Positions 36,790 to 50,925 of a stretch of DNA of 64,000 bases are shown piece after piece. Location: NCBI RefSeq assembly GCF_018977255.1, contig NW_024704743.1, forward strand, positions 75,766,001 through 75,830,000, written 5' to 3'. The notes below the pieces were generated by a model that saw only the letters and a list, made by a program, of their open reading frames with translations, had not been told where the DNA came from and did not search any database. The DNA is from Callorhinchus milii (taxonomy: Eukaryota). The first letter of the stretch is position 1, and each line of letters starts with the position of its first letter. Position numbers and translations under genes: made by a program.

Positions 36790-37164
36790 TAATAATAAAT
36801 AACAATGCTTGCATTTGATATATAGCCTTATCACCGCTTCAAGACGTCTTAAAGCGCTTCACAGGAGACACTGTAAAGTGTAGTGATTGTATACTTTGTG
36901 GGCATAATGTGGCAGTCAATTGCACATAGCAGTGTCCCACAAATAGTCTTGGATTGAGTGACTACGTTTTTGAGGGGGAGGGATTATTACCCCCGGAAAG
37001 CAATTCGCCAATCGACTAACAAGCAGTTTCTTCCTTCTTTCTGGTAGGTAAACAGAGGCATGTGGAGTAAGGAAACTTGCCTAAGGTTTCGCCCTGCCCG
37101 GAAATCGAACCCAGGTCCTCTCTCTTGCGAGGCGAGCGCACTAACCACTACACTACAGGACTCA
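36790..37164 (-). mobile_element. SINE, long subfamily
   Basis: Tail, body, long segment and head ctacaggactc. Confidence 0.85.
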
Positions 37165-37842
37165 ACAACCGTTCTTATACAACAACCCAAACCCTTATTC
37201 TGCACAGCATCCATATTAAAATGCTACTGGGGATGTGTTCACTGGTAAAACATGACTCAAGTCTGCAGAAGGGTTCATCAGCTTCACGGTGCATTTTCTC
37301 TGTAGCCAAATCTTTGTAGTGGTGGGAGAAGTAGCTACAAATAAGCAAAGCAACAGTGAAGGTGGTCTTTGTGCTACAGTTTTTCATTTCACACCCTAAA
37401 CCGGTGTTTGTTTTCCTCTATTTTACCAAAAGCATCCATAGCAAGCCGCTCAACAATAGCTTTCAACCTGCTTTGTGAAGCGATGATTTCAGCTGTTTAA
37501 TGGCTGGCCTTGGGCAGGCGAGGAATGTATACGGGCCCATGCTAAGCACGAGTAGGGGTGCTCTTGGTACAAACCAGAAACACAGGAAAGTCTCCCCTCC
37601 CTTGGTACAACATTAACCCTTGGTCATTTACAAGTGTACTGTTTATTTTTCTTAAGTTGTTGTGTCTCGGCTCCTTAAACTGTCAAGTGGTCATTTCTTC
37701 TACAGTTAGGTAATGAGGCTTACCAGACCTACCATGAGGGGATCATAATTCAGCTTAATATTGCAGTCACGCAAAATCTAAATGATGCAAGTCCCAGCAC
37801 CTCTTATAAAATAGTGATCAAGTGCAGTGATCCCTCACATCT

Positions 37843-38155
37843 GTCAGTCTGGCTCAATTACCATCACTCTTGCCTCCAAGTCAGAAGGTTGTGGGTTCTA
37901 GCCCCACTTGCTAGGGGCTTGCTAGATGCTCTATGTCCCATCTGACAGTTCAGGTACATTAAAGATCTCATAGCGCTATTCAAAGAGAAAAAAGAATTTC
38001 TCCTGGTAGCCAAATAAAATTGATAATTCACTCCATGGCTGTTTGAGAGACAATGTTGAGGAACAAATTGGCTGTCCCTTTGTCCACAAAGTAGACAGCC
38101 ATACCAGCCTACAGTATATCCGGTGAAATGCTTTGACACGTCTCAGGTACTATAT
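37843..38155 (+). mobile_element. Old tRNA-headed Deu-SINE
   Basis: tgtcagtctggctcaatt...aagtcagaaggttgtgggttc head plus Deu 3' part. Confidence 0.65.
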
Positions 38156-39904
38156 CAATTACTATTTTGCCCACAAAATACAGTCAATTCACTTTACAGT
38201 ATATCTGTGAAGTGCTCTGGTACATCGCTAAGACGTGATAAGGCTCAATGTTAAATGCAATGATTATTATTATTCTATATTATAATGTAAGAATTATTAA
38301 TTGTTATTACTATATTTCTCTCCCTAGCCCAGGTGAACTGGGGTCATTTATGAGCTCCATATAATGCATCCCAGCTGAGATCTGGCAACTCTGCTGTCTA
38401 CACCGTATTTACAATGAATGCACCATACAATCAGGCTTGGCTGTGATGAGGCTCTCACTGCCCACTTTTCCAACACGCACTGTGACAGCTGATAATATGA
38501 AACAACATGGTATGACCAGTACCAGTCACCAAGCTTTCGTCAGCACCTCCAGGAGATAGGAAAGGAGAAACTAAGAGGGATACCAAACTGGAAATATCTT
38601 AGGTTATCAGAAATAAAATGAAAAACTAAATGTTTTGCACATTTACAATGAATGGTAAAATTGCCTGAAAAATATACTCTACATTTGATCAACAGTTTGT
38701 GCTGGCTGCAACAAATGACGTAATAAATGGCTCATGCATTGCCACTGGCCAAGAGTTATGGGAGATCCTTATTTTAATGCAGTTGATAACCACATGGCTA
38801 AATTGGCAAGATGGTTCTACGGCTATGACAAAAATCCTGTACAGTACTCAGTATCCAGAGCGAACAAGCAGTGGTACATTGAAATTCTATCCTGTGTCAC
38901 TGAATGTGCTTTTGATCCGATTGTGTCTAAGGTAATAATGTAACATTTAAACACTTTTACAGGTAATGATAACCAGTTGGTAGCACTTTCGCCTCTAAGT
39001 CAGAGGGTTTTTGTTCAAGCCCCACATTGAGACATTAATCCTTGCATTCGCACTTGATATAACACCTTTCACGTCAAGAGGATGTCTCAAAGCATTTCAC
39101 AGGATTTGCTGTAAAGCATAGCGATTGTGTATTCTGCAATTTGCTCAAAGCAATCTTTGAGTTCATAAACTAGGCTGACACTCCAATGCAGTGCTGAGGA
39201 AACGCTGCATTATCTGAGAAAAACTCATTTTGAGATATAATAAGTTTCTATTTCAAACACAAGGACTATTATTATTACCTCTACTGGTACCTACTTCTCT
39301 GCTCTCCCTCATTCCAACCCTTCCCCCCAAACTCAGGTCCTGACTGATCCCCGACTGTTCAGTGCCTTGGGACATCCTCCCGACGTGAAAGGCACTTTAC
39401 AAATGTAATTTTGTTGTTGTTGTTGCATTTTTCTCGCATGGAAGATGTTTGGAAAGTATTTGCTGAATGAATAATACAACCTTCATCTCAAGAGATAGAA
39501 ATTCACTCTCATTCTTTCTTCCCTCTCCTCACAACATTTTTTAAATTTTTGTTCAAAACACCCACCCAGAAACAAGAGCATTTTGTTTGTAATTGAGTGA
39601 ATACAAAAATGACATTCTTGATAGCAGTCTGAAGCCAGAAAGATCTTATATGATCTATTAGCAGAAAAGCTGTCAACAGACAACTTGTTATTATCAGAGG
39701 TGTCAATGCAATTCAGCATAGCTCTGTGCCAGGACATCTTATTTGTGTTCTTTCTGTTTTATACAGTCTGATTTTGTACTATGCAATAGATATTGACTTG
39801 CACACACCTTTCACCCCCTGCCACTCTAATGATACTCCTTCTCAGCTCTGTGGGGAAATGACTACCTAAAGTACAGGCAAATCACACCTTTTCCTTCAGT
39901 GTTA

Positions 39905-40590
39905 TTACAATCGTTGTATTTCTCATCATATCAAAGCATTTCTCAGGACTTATTTTACAGTGTAGTGAGTATTTCTAGGTGAACACCACAGCTAATTTGC
40001 ACACAGCAATATCTAACCAACATCCATGAAGTGAATAATCAATTTTATCTTGAGGATTGATGTCCAAGACCCCTGGAGAAACCCACTTCTCTCTTCCTAT
40101 AGTGCCATGGCATCTTTAACATAGCACTATTGCATGGTATTATTTCATCCGCAAAATACACAATGAATCCACTTTCCAATATATTCTGTGAATCGTTTTG
40201 ATACATCTCAACGACGTGATAAAGTGCTATATTAAATGCAAGGATTATTTAACATCCATCTGAACAGCCAGACTACAGACAGTTTAATGCCTTAGCCACA
40301 CAACAGTACCTCTGACGTGCAGTGCTGGGGGAGCTGCCTGTTCTGTGAACTCAAAAACCCGATGTAGAACTTGAATCATAACTTTCTGACTCAGATAAAT
40401 GCTACCAACTGAGCCAGGCTGACACCCAGTGTTGCATGTCACGTAGACTATTGCTAAAGATGGACAGCACCTCCAACAATGCAGCATGTCCCCAGCACTG
40501 CTTTGGAGTGTCAGCATAGGCGATATGGTTTCCAGATTCTGACACTTCTGACTGGGGAGAGAGTGCTACCAACTGAGGTAGGCTGACACT
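39905..40590 (-). mobile_element. Cluster of old Deu-SINEs with a nested plus-strand SINE tail (~40150-40250)
   Basis: Two heads ending in ggctgacac at ~40425 and ~40589. Confidence 0.65.
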
Positions 40591-41239
40591 TGTATTTAAT
40601 TCACTTGTAACACAATGTACTGTAGACCCTGTTCAATCCACAAATCTGCAACTGGCTTCCTCACCTCCTGCGCAGACTGGTATTTCATGCTAAAATGAAA
40701 ATGCTAATAATGGCTGATAGCCGTCATCACTTCCTGCTTTGTGCATTGCAGAAAACAGAAAGTGACGGTGACCCATTGATCCAGAAGTTGGCCATTGTTT
40801 CTTTTAGTGCAGGAACCGGCAAACGCATGTTCCTTACAGTCAACTCCCATATTGTGCTTCACTAATATGTGCTTCACATGTTGGGATTTTATGGATGCAA
40901 GCATCATTATTTAAAGGGGCTGCTCCGTATCTGGAATGAATCATATTTATTTTATCCTGTTTCATGCCATTGTAGTGTTTGATGTTTTGCCTCTCTCATA
41001 GTTCCGTTCACTGGTCAGCCACATTTCTGAGACCACACTATTCAATATTGGTGTATACATATAGCAAGTGACTCATTCCAACAAAAATGAAGTATCACAA
41101 TGTTTTAAAGATCTAGACTGCAATTAAAACCTTGAATTTTATTGCTTGTTGAAGTACTAAAAGATCTCAGTGTAGAGCAAAGATGTAAAAACAAGACATA
41201 GTAACTAAGTTCTTTCTTACATAATTCTTCTTTAGCTGC

Positions 41240-41530
41240 TTCAGCTCCCCCGCACTTCCCACCCCACCATTGGCGGTCGGACATTCAGCATCTCTGTCCC
41301 CACACTCTGGAACTCTATCCCACAATCCCTCCACCTCATCCCTTCTCTTGCCTTCTTCAAGTCCTGTTTAAAGACCTTTCTCTTTGACCATGCCTTTGGC
41401 CACCCTCCCAACCCCACCCCTCTTGCCCACCACCCCTTCTGATCCCAACTCGGGTCCAAAATCCCTGATTGTCCAGAGCCCTGAGACATCTTTCCAAAGT
41501 GAAGGATGCTATACCAGTGTAATATGTTGT
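41240..41530 (+). mobile_element. L2 3' end
   Basis: cccaccattggcggtcgg...ctctggaactc...aagacctttctctttgacc and a decayed tail. Confidence 0.8.
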
Positions 41531-41879
41531 TATACCTCAAAGTTCATTTTTGTCCAACACTTGAATACATCACGTCCTAGAAGAACTTCTGCCATCTACT
41601 GGATTCCTGGACAGGAATCAACACATTTGGCATTTGACTGGGAACCTTCCTTCACTTCTGATTTCTAATCTCTTCTTCTCTATAACACAATTTCTCATAT
41701 ATCCCATTGATAGTTAGAACCATAATCAACGCTGTTCTGAACTTCCTTCTGTGTTTAAATATGTCATTCTACACATATTTCCTCCTTCCTAAAATCTCAC
41801 TGTATCAAAACCAAAATGTATCTCACTGTATCAAAACCACTGTACTGATGGAGACTTCAATTAGTCCAATTAACTGGAA

Positions 41880-42560
41880 ATGCTCATGGTGAAAGGATTC
41901 TGAGCTTGTCAATGTAGTAAATTACTGCTTCCCGATTCAGTTTGCTGCAGTCCAAAAGGGACAGTTACCTAATTGACATAGTTCAAGTCAGTGACTCAGA
42001 CACTATTCAGGCAGTAAAAGTAGTTGATCCATTGAGTGAGCACCAGGACCTCCATAAAATTCAATTTCAAGCACACAACTTTAGACAGACAAACTTCAGG
42101 GATGTGACAGCTGAGTTAAATTACGTGAATGTGGAAACATTACTCAAGGACAAATCAGTTGAGGATAAAATGATATTCTTAAACATTATGCAGAACTTCC
42201 AGAACAAGCACATATCTAAGTACTGCAGGGGGCAATTTAAACCAAAACACACCAAATTGATCAATAAATAAAAAGGGAGATTAAGAATGAAGATTTACAA
42301 CGCTTGTAGGGAGAAAGGAGAAAGTGGCCATTTGGATGAATACAAGGCTGGACAGAAAGAGATGAAAAAAAATTAAGAGAGAATTGAAAAGGAACATTGC
42401 AGCAAATGCCGAAAATATCTTTCAATATTGTAAACGTAAAAGAATAGTCAGAGAAGGTATTAAAACTCTAAGGGATTCGAAAGGGGTTGAAAAAGAGAAT
42501 GAACAGGAAATGAAATATGAAAAGACTACTGTACTTCTGAGATTTTTAACTAATGAGAAC
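41880..42560 (+). mobile_element. Old CR1 ORF2 fragment (endonuclease-RT linker)
   Basis: A-rich decayed frames with NFRQTNF and IFQYCKRKRIVREGI..LRDSKG motifs. Confidence 0.7.
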
Positions 42561-42564
42561 ACAA

Positions 42565-43065
42565 ATAATAATCCTTGTATTTGATATAGCGCCTTATCAC
42601 ATCATTGAGACGTCTCAAAGTGCTTCACAGAATATACTGTAAAGTGAATTGACTGTGCATTTTGTGGGTGAAACGCAGCAGCTAGTTTGCGCACAGCATT
42701 GACCTACAAACCACCATGTAGTGAGTGACCAATTTATTTGCAGGATTGTTGCCTAGGACACTGGGAGAAATGTGTCTTTTTGAATAGTGCCATTGGATCT
42801 GTAACATCCACCTGAACATACAGATGGGACCTTAGTTTAACGTCTCATTGGAAGGATGGCACCTCTGAGAGTGCAGCACACCTCCAGCACTGCATTGGAG
42901 TGTCAGATTGGACTATGTGCTTCCAAGTCCCAACATTGGAGGTTGAATGCACAACAACAACAACAGCAACAACAACATCTTGGATTTTTATAGCGCTCTT
43001 CACAAGGGGTAGTGGCCCGGAGTGCTTAACCTTCTGAGTCAGAAGCGAAAGTGCTACACTGCGCC
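42565..43065 (-). mobile_element. Deu-SINE, full length, with tail-only L2 insertion at ~42952-43010
   Basis: Well-preserved Deu domain (aatagtgccattggatctgtaacatccacctgaac...tttaacgtctcattggaaggatggcacctc). Confidence 0.85.
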
Positions 43066-43169
43066 AGACAAAAACATGATCCCCTCAACATCTGGGAGAT
43101 ATTGCTTATAATAGTAATCTTTGCATTTGACGTCAAAATCTCAAAGTGCTTTACTGGATTTACTGTAAA

Positions 43170-43494
43170 ATAATAATACAATAACAATAATATTCCTTGC
43201 ATTTGATATAGCTCTTTTCACATCTTCTCGACATCTTAAAGCGCTTCACAGAATAGACTGTAAAGTGACGGTACATTTGTGGGCGAAACGCAGCAGCCAA
43301 TTGTGCACAGCAGTGTTCCACAAACAGTCATGGATTGAAAATGACCAATTTATTACTGTTTTTGTTTTTTGGAGGGAATATTATTAGGCGTGTGAAGTAA
43401 GGAAACTTGCCCAAGGTTTCGCCCTGCCTGGAATTGAACCCAGGTATCTCGCTTGCAAGGCGAGTGCTCTAACCACTGAGCTACAGGACTCCAC
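43170..43494 (-). mobile_element. SINE, short subfamily, nested in an old Deu-SINE (~43110-43740)
   Basis: Full head and tail; the host resumes at aaagtgtagtgactg. Confidence 0.87.
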
Positions 43495-43739
43495 AAAGTG
43501 TAGTGACTGTATTTCTAGGCAAACACAACAGTCAATTTGCACATAGCAATATCCCACAGTTATTAAGTGAATGCCCAATTTTATCTGGAAGACTATTGGC
43601 CTAACACCAGGAGAAACGCTCTCCTCTTTTCCAACAATGCACATCTTGCCATCACTGTGCTGGAATGTCAGTGGAGACGATGAGCTCAAAGTCCCGAATT
43701 GAAATTGCTGACTGAGAAGTGAGAATCTCTAGAAGTCAA

Positions 43740-44230
43740 ACTCACACCCTATGATGGTCTGGTCAGGTTGCATTTGGAGTATTCTGGTCACAGCAACATA
43801 AGGGGATTGGGCCTGATCTAGAGGCAGTGCAGAGGAGAGGATCCTCAATTTTAGACAAATGAGTTAGGAACAATGGCCAGACACGCCAAGGTTCTTCAGT
43901 CTTGAAAGGAAAGTCTCAGAGTGGTCCTCATATAGGTATACAAGATTTTAAATGGAGTTGAGAAAGTAAAACCAGAACAACATATTCAATGGCACAGAGA
44001 GCAGAATAAGAGGACACAGGTTTAGGGTTGCAGAGGGAAATTTCAGGACAGACACTTGGAAATAACTGGAATGAATTAACAAGATGGGTGGGTGAGACCA
44101 AGGCACTGGATTTATTTTTTTAAAAAACAGTTCAATGTTGTGATGAGTGAATGGTCGGGTGAGTATTCTCTATTCTGTAAGGATGAAATTAATTGGGCTG
44201 AAGGGAACTTCATTCAACCTGTTCTTGTAA
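43740..44230 (+). mobile_element. Old CR1 3' fragment
   Basis: tggtctggtcaggttgcatttggagta...gaggcagtgcagaggagag...tataggtatacaagattttaaatgg. Confidence 0.7.
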
Positions 44231-44257
44231 CCTTGTGACTCCTCTTCCTCTTTCTTT

Positions 44258-44456
44258 CCCAATTGCGTACAGCAGTGTCCCACAAATAGTCGTGGATTGA
44301 AAATGAACAATTTATTATTGTTTTTGTTTTTTGGAGGGATTATTATTAGGTGTGGGGATTAAGGAAACTTGCCCAAGGTTTCGGCCTGCCTGGAATTGAA
44401 CCCAGGTGTCTCGCTTGCAAGAAGAGTGCTCTAACCACTGAGCTGCAGGACTCCAC
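44258..44456 (-). mobile_element. SINE, short subfamily, lacking tail
   Basis: Head and body only. Confidence 0.8.
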
Positions 44457-44519
44457 AATGTCTTACAAACAGCCATGAAATGAATGATCAATTAACTAGA
44501 GGTTTGGTTGCCCAAATGC

Positions 44520-45100
44520 ATCTGAAACCCTCGTGCATGCATTTGTCACCTCCCGCTTGGATTACTCCAATGCATTCCTCATTTGCCTCCCCAGCTCCAC
44601 CACTCACAAGATCCAGCTCATTCAAAAGTGCCCACATACTGACCAGCACCAAATTCCGTACTCGCATCTCACCAGTTCTGGTCAGGCTCCACTGGCTCCC
44701 CATCACCGAACGGATCGACTTCAAGATCCTTACACTTGTGTTCAAATCCATTCATTCTGTAGCACCTCCCTACTTCTCCGACCTCCTCACTCCCCAATCC
44801 ACCAACTGCTCGACTGGCTCCGGTCTCCTGCTCGTCCCTCGCACCCTCCGCCCCACCATCGGAGGTCCCACTTTCAGCCACTATGCCCCAATACTCTGGA
44901 CCACTTTCCCTCAATCCCTCCGCCTTGTCCCTTCTCTCCCCTCTTTCAAATCCCAACTGAAAACTTTCCTCTTCGACCGTGCTTACAGCCACCTCCCCCT
45001 TCCCCCGGCTCGGAGTCAGGCTCCGCCCCTATTAAGCACTCTGAGACTCTCCCCTGCGTGGAGTGCGCTTTATAAGTGCAAGTTGTTGTTGCTGGTGGTG
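44520..45100 (+). mobile_element. L2 3' portion, second subfamily
   Basis: HAFVTSRLDYSNA and LHWLPITERIDFKILTLVFK motifs; tail tataagtgcaagttgttg. Confidence 0.88.
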
Positions 45101-45844
45101 GTGGTCAGGACCCTGGGAGAAATTCCCTTCTGTTTTCAAATAGTGGCATGGGATTGTTAACATCTGCCTTGAGATAGACGGGACCTGGGTTTAACGTTTC
45201 AACTGAAGGACGGCAGCCCCAACACTGCACACGAGCATCATCCCAGACTACGAACTCAAAGGCTCACCAGAACTGAGAGTGTTAACAACTGATGGGATTA
45301 GGAGAATTTATAGAAGAATGTTTGTAGCAGAATGAATTCAATGGGACAAATGGCCTTCTGCTCTTTGTAATTTCCTATATTCCTATTTGAGCATGTAGTG
45401 AACATAATGGTTGTCATGGTAAAGTGTTTTACCTAGTTAAGCACAGGGATGAGCACATTGCTGCAGTTAGTGATGCAGCAAGATTAGTGTGTCACTGAAC
45501 ACATTGTGTGCTACAAATTAATTATTTTTCCTTCAATTTAATACAAATGACGTTCAGGAGGTCAGAAGTGTAGTATTAAGCCTGCTTTTTTCACTCTTTT
45601 TTAAAAAGGAACGTGATCAAAATAAGTTTTAAATACATACTGTTTTCTGAAAAACAGTAGCTTCATGGGCTGAGTCAAGAACAGCTTTATCCAAACTGTG
45701 CATAAAGTCATATTTAGAACGCTTTGTTGAAAATGTCATCATTTTCATTAAGCTCCTCATTAATATATCCAGTTAAGTGTTGCTCGGACAAAGACCTGAG
45801 TTTTTTGACCAACAATCTGAAGGTCTCTCACATTAAGCATTTTT

Positions 45845-46132
45845 ATAATAAAAATAATAATCCTTGCATTTGATATAGCATCTTATCACGTCTTCGAAAC
45901 GCAGCAGTGTCCCACAAATAGTCACAGATTGAGTGGCCAATTTATTATTTTTCTTTAAAGGAATTATATCCCCAGAAAAGCGATCCGCCAACATCCGTGT
46001 TCCTCCTTACTGCTCGGTAAACAGAGTGATGTGGAGTAAGGAAACCTGCCCAATTTTGCACCCTACTGGGAATCGAACCCAGGTCTCTCACTTGCGAGGC
46101 GAGTGCTCTAACCACTAAGCTAGAGGACTCCA
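45845..46132 (-). mobile_element. SINE, long subfamily, internally deleted
   Basis: Tail jumps to gcagtgtcccac; head intact. Confidence 0.8.
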
Positions 46133-47439
46133 CATTTTTGCAATATAGTGTTGCCTCCTTAATCTTCAATAGTATAAATCCAAAGCACATTGAAAATAAT
46201 ACATACACTGTTCTCTGTATTGCTTCATACTAGAACCAAGGTTTTTCAATCTACTTGTGAATTGCTCCCCAGTTCCCACTCCTTCTCTAAGCCAACCTCT
46301 CATTCTTTATATATAAACCACTCCCAAGTCATACAATGATTTATTACTAGATCAAATACTTCCATCAATATTCCAAGAGGTTGTTACGTTTTCTCCTACT
46401 TCCCTGAGCTGGTCTTTCTTAAAGGACCCTCAGTGTGCTTTCAAGCTGTGACCCAGCAATTCTTGCTCTAAGCCATCATATGGACTGATGCCTTTTTTAT
46501 ACCATTCTCAATTTAATGATCTTGAAAAACATGAACAGTATTTCCAGTAAATACAAATCTCCCTTCAGAGGAGGGGTGAGAGTGTATTCCCACAGGTTAC
46601 CTTGCCTGACATTTTATCTTTGTGCAGTCAACCCCTTAATGCTTGACTTCTTCCATTCAGTGAATTCAGACAAACTAATCCTCTCACAGTGTGACCCTAA
46701 TCCCTACTGTAATATTTCCAAAATACATATGTTCAAATTGTATTTAAGTTCCAGTAGATGATGCTGAGCTTTGCTGCTCACTGGGAAGCTTGCAGGGAGT
46801 TCCTATTATCTGCCGTCCTCCTAGTGAGGGCTCAAACCTCCCGCTTGTCTGGTGCCGAATGACCAACTCTTCCTTGAGGAGAAGGTAAGCAGAGTCTCCT
46901 TAGAGCTGAACTGGTTCCAAGGTGGCATATTTGGCATTGGAATAATGGAATCTAGCCAATCCTCTGGCGCAGAGCAGCAGATGAATCCCTGTCTCCAGTG
47001 ATTCCCGTGATAATTATCTAAGATTGAGAATTCACCATAATTCCCCTCTATTCACCAATTCACAAACCAATGTAAATATTTTTTTCCCTATTGACGATTG
47101 CAATCCCTCACAATTTTTAAGGATATATGAAGTCTCTCCTCAATTTTTTTCTATTCTTATCAAAATAGGCCCAATTATTTTAATGTCCAAGGAAATTGCT
47201 AAATAGTTACTGTGTTTTCCAATTTACTGAACTGAATCATATTCAACAGGAAGGTATTCCATATTAACCCAAACAGGCTGCCAGCAAGGGTGGTTGAGGC
47301 CAGGACATGGGACTTATTCTAAAAATCATCTTAAATTATCTTAATAATGTGAATCCAGGACAGAAGGGTGGGTATTCTGGAAGGATAAAATGAGATGGCC
47401 CTAAACGTCTTCATCCAAACCAATCTTTCTTGGTTCACA

Positions 47440-48000
47440 AAACCTTGGTCAGACCTCCTATACTGCGGCGTCTAATTCTGGTCGCCGCAGGAAAGGAGGG
47501 ATATAGCAGCGATGGAAAGATCAAAGAGTAGGTTTACAAGGATGATAAAAGGGCTGGCAGGTTACTGCTTTTGAGGAGATTGGATAGGTCAGGCCTTTTT
47601 TCACTAGAGAGATATTTAAGAAGGGATCTAAAATTGTAACTGGGTTTGATAGGGTTGGCATAAATAGGCTGTTGCACTGTTTGGGGAGTATGTAACTAGG
47701 GGACACGTTTATAAGACTGATTAGAGGATCAAAAGGAGAATTTAGAAGCAACTACTTTATGAAGAGGGTAGTGAGCTTGTGGTACCTGCTGCTCGAAGTA
47801 GCAGTTGAATCAGATAATATAGACATGTTGAATGAAAGCTAGACTTTTACATGTGGGAGAGGAAATAGGGGGTAAGGAATGGTTGGAGGGGGTACACAAG
47901 GGGGTAAGGAATGGTTGGAGACTCGTGTGAAGTATAAACACCAACATAGACTGGTTGGGCTGAGAGACCTGATTCGTACTGTATGGTCTTTGTAAATCTG
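47440..48000 (+). mobile_element. Old CR1 3' fragment
   Basis: accttggtcagacc...tactgcggcgtctaattctggtcgcc...gactggttgggctga. Confidence 0.75.
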
Positions 48001-50469
48001 TGAACACTGATCTTGGGGATTTGCGTTAATTCTGGTATATCCCGGAACTCAGTCTGTGAGCGAGTGATTGAGCCTGGACACTACAATTTCTGGTCTATGC
48101 TAAATTTACTGTCTTATGAGTGGTTGCTTGGACCACATAATCCAAAACAACCCTGTTTCCTCTCTGTTTTATGCAGCTGACGATCTGCTTCAATGTAGTC
48201 ATGATGTTATACATCGCACTGCCCCATCTGTTTCTTCCCAGCATGTTCAGCTATGCAATTCTTTGTCTACAACATTGAAGGCTGTGAGCGCAGATGGTGT
48301 GATAAGTAGCTTCTCTGTTGCTGTTGACTTTTCATGCTGGGTTTTGATGAAAAGTTGAATAAGGAACTACAAATGATTCCAGAATCGTGGAAATGGTTTT
48401 GTGATGAGTTATTCTTAAAACTGGTGTAGTAATCAACTCCCTACAAGCTGAAATGCAGAATTATTGGGGTGGGGAAGCAGGGTGGCAAATGAGATATAAT
48501 AATAATGATAATAATCCTTGCATTTGATATAGCTGCTTATCACATCGTTGTGGCGCCTCAAAGCGCTTCACAGAATATTGATTTGCAATTGATTTGCAGC
48601 GAATTGCGCACAGCAGTGTCACACAAAAGGTTGAGTTATCAGTATCCCTTCACCTTGGGACCTTGGTTTGTAAACATTCAATCCAAAACTTTGAATATGC
48701 CTGATGCAGATTCTTCCCCCTCCCACCTCGACCCTATTTGGGCTTTCTGCATAATTGCTCCCATTCTCTGGAACTCCATCCTGGAGTCCTTTCAACTCAT
48801 TCCTTTGAGGTCTGCCTCAAGAGCTTCCCCTTCGATTCATTCGGCCATCTTTCCCTCCTTACCTCCTCACCCCTTCAGTCCCCATCCCTAGCTCGGCTGC
48901 AAACCTTGGACTGTCGAGCTCCTTGGAATGTCCTCCCAATGTGAAAGGCACCATATCAATGCAATTGGTTGATACTAGCTTTTTAGTAAATAAAAACATG
49001 TTTAAGGAGGATGAGAATTGCCTCCAGCACATCCTATAAGACAAAGATTACAAGGACAAAGAAATTTCTCTTTCCCCTCCCCACTCTGTCCCACGGAGCT
49101 GTGCCTTATATAATAGACGTGTGCTGTACAGTGTCAAATATCTTTCAAAGACCCAGGTAAATAACAGCCAATGTCTGCAACATCCTCAAGGAAATCCAAT
49201 GGAAGTGTTAAGTGCAACCTCCTGTTACTAGAAATTATAAATTTACCGCACAGACAGTGGACGTTCGGCCTGTTGGTCCTAAAGCAATGCTGCCTGTCTG
49301 CTTTTAACAATAACAACTTGCATTTAAATAGCGCCCTCATGCGGGGTAGCGTCCCAGAGTGCTTAATTTCAAGATGGACCCTTCTATGAGCCCTCATTGT
49401 CATTTCAAACAAACAGACGACGTGAATATTCACACATTATGGCAGATCATAAACTAAAATATGTAATCCATTTGGTTGGATGTTAATTACGCAGTCAAAG
49501 GCACCTGTATTTCCCCCTTTGCACATATGTGTTTGCACGTGATCAACTGAATCTGCAATTTTGACTCCAAAGGAATTAGTCTAATCCAGTTGATGTATTA
49601 ATTCATGTGAGCTAAATTGCTATTTTCCTCTGTCCAATAACAACGTTACATTTGTATAGCGCCTTTCACGTCAAGAGGATGTAAAGATTTGTGAATCTCC
49701 GTCTGCTTTATAAATGAATCCACTGTAATTTCGAAAAAATAAAATTTAATATATTTTGGAGGGATGGAGGGGAAGGGTAATAGAGATTTGCTCACATTAT
49801 GAACTTCATTCCCTGGATTGCATGGAGCAGAAGATCCCCAGTATAAGTGGGGTGAGAAATGGAGCATTGCCAGACACAATAATCGTAACTTGCAGTTTGC
49901 GGCTGATATTGCATGATTCGCAACCACATTCAGGAGCAAGCTATAGCAAAGTTGTAGTTTCATAGGCCAGCAAAGGGTGCTTTACAGTTGGAATTTGCTT
50001 TCTGGCCCTTTGTTGGAATTCTTGGGCGTTTTTCTCAACCATGAAACAGATCAAAGCAAAACACCAACAGCGTTGTAAATGTGAAAATTTCAGCCCCAGT
50101 GTTACCATAGAAATGTGCAGCGCAGAAGAAGGCTATTCAGCCCATTTTAGGAGTTGATTTTTACTTGTTCAGCTAGGATCATCTGATAGGCTTTAGATTT
50201 CCAGGGTTAACAGGAGTTAAGTGGGAGAAATCTGGAGAAATCTGACTGGTTTGTCCCTCAAGTGCTACCGATGAATGAGGCTAGGCTTTGATCAGCAGTG
50301 CCCAGAGTACTGCAGACATGCCTGGCTCAGAAATCTGATTGGAAGTCAAATTGGTCATTCGTTTCATAGCTTATTGTTGGATAATAAATAACTACTGTGA
50401 AGCGCTTTGAGACATCCTTACGAAGTGAAAGGCGCTGTACCAAATGCAAGGATTATTGTTATGATTATT

Positions 50470-50925
50470 AATAACAACAGCAACTTGCACTTATATAGCG
50501 TCCTCCACGCAGGGGAGTATCTCAGAGCACTTAACGGTGGTGGAGCCTGACTTCGAGCTGGGGGTGTGGGGGTGGCTGTAAGCATGGTCAAAGAGGAAGG
50601 TTTTCAGGCGGGACTTGAAAAAGGGGAGAGAGGGGGCAAGGCGGAGGGATTGAGGGAGAGTGTTCCCGAGCTTTGGGACGTAGTGGCTAAAAGTGCAACT
50701 GATGGTGGGCAGAGGGTGTGAGGGACGAGCAGGAAGCTGGTGCCAGTTGAGTGGAGGTGCCGGGTGGTGGATTGGGGAATGAGGAGATCAGACAGTTAGG
50801 GAGGTGCCAAAGAATGAAGGGATTTGAACACGAGCGTGAGGATCTTGAAGTCGATCCATTTGGTGATGAGGAGCCAGTGGAGCCTGGCCAGAACTGGCGA
50901 GATGTGGGTACGGAATTTAGAAACG
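50470..50925 (-). mobile_element. L2 3' portion, second subfamily
   Basis: Reverse complement resembles 44650-45090. Confidence 0.85.

Larger units (their letters stand above)
35993..37522 (+). repeat. Unclassified ~750-bp element, copy A (35993-36462 and 37223-37522; interrupted by two SINEs)
   Basis: Colinear with the reverse complement of 55582-56432. Confidence 0.85.

Noticed and set aside
38699..38943. Two overlapping plus-strand ORFs with AG/GT boundaries
   Set aside because: No homology recognised, and the strand is opposite to the better-supported exons.
41794..41839. 20-bp direct repeat atctcactgtatcaaaacca
   Set aside because: Isolated short duplication with nothing to suggest function.
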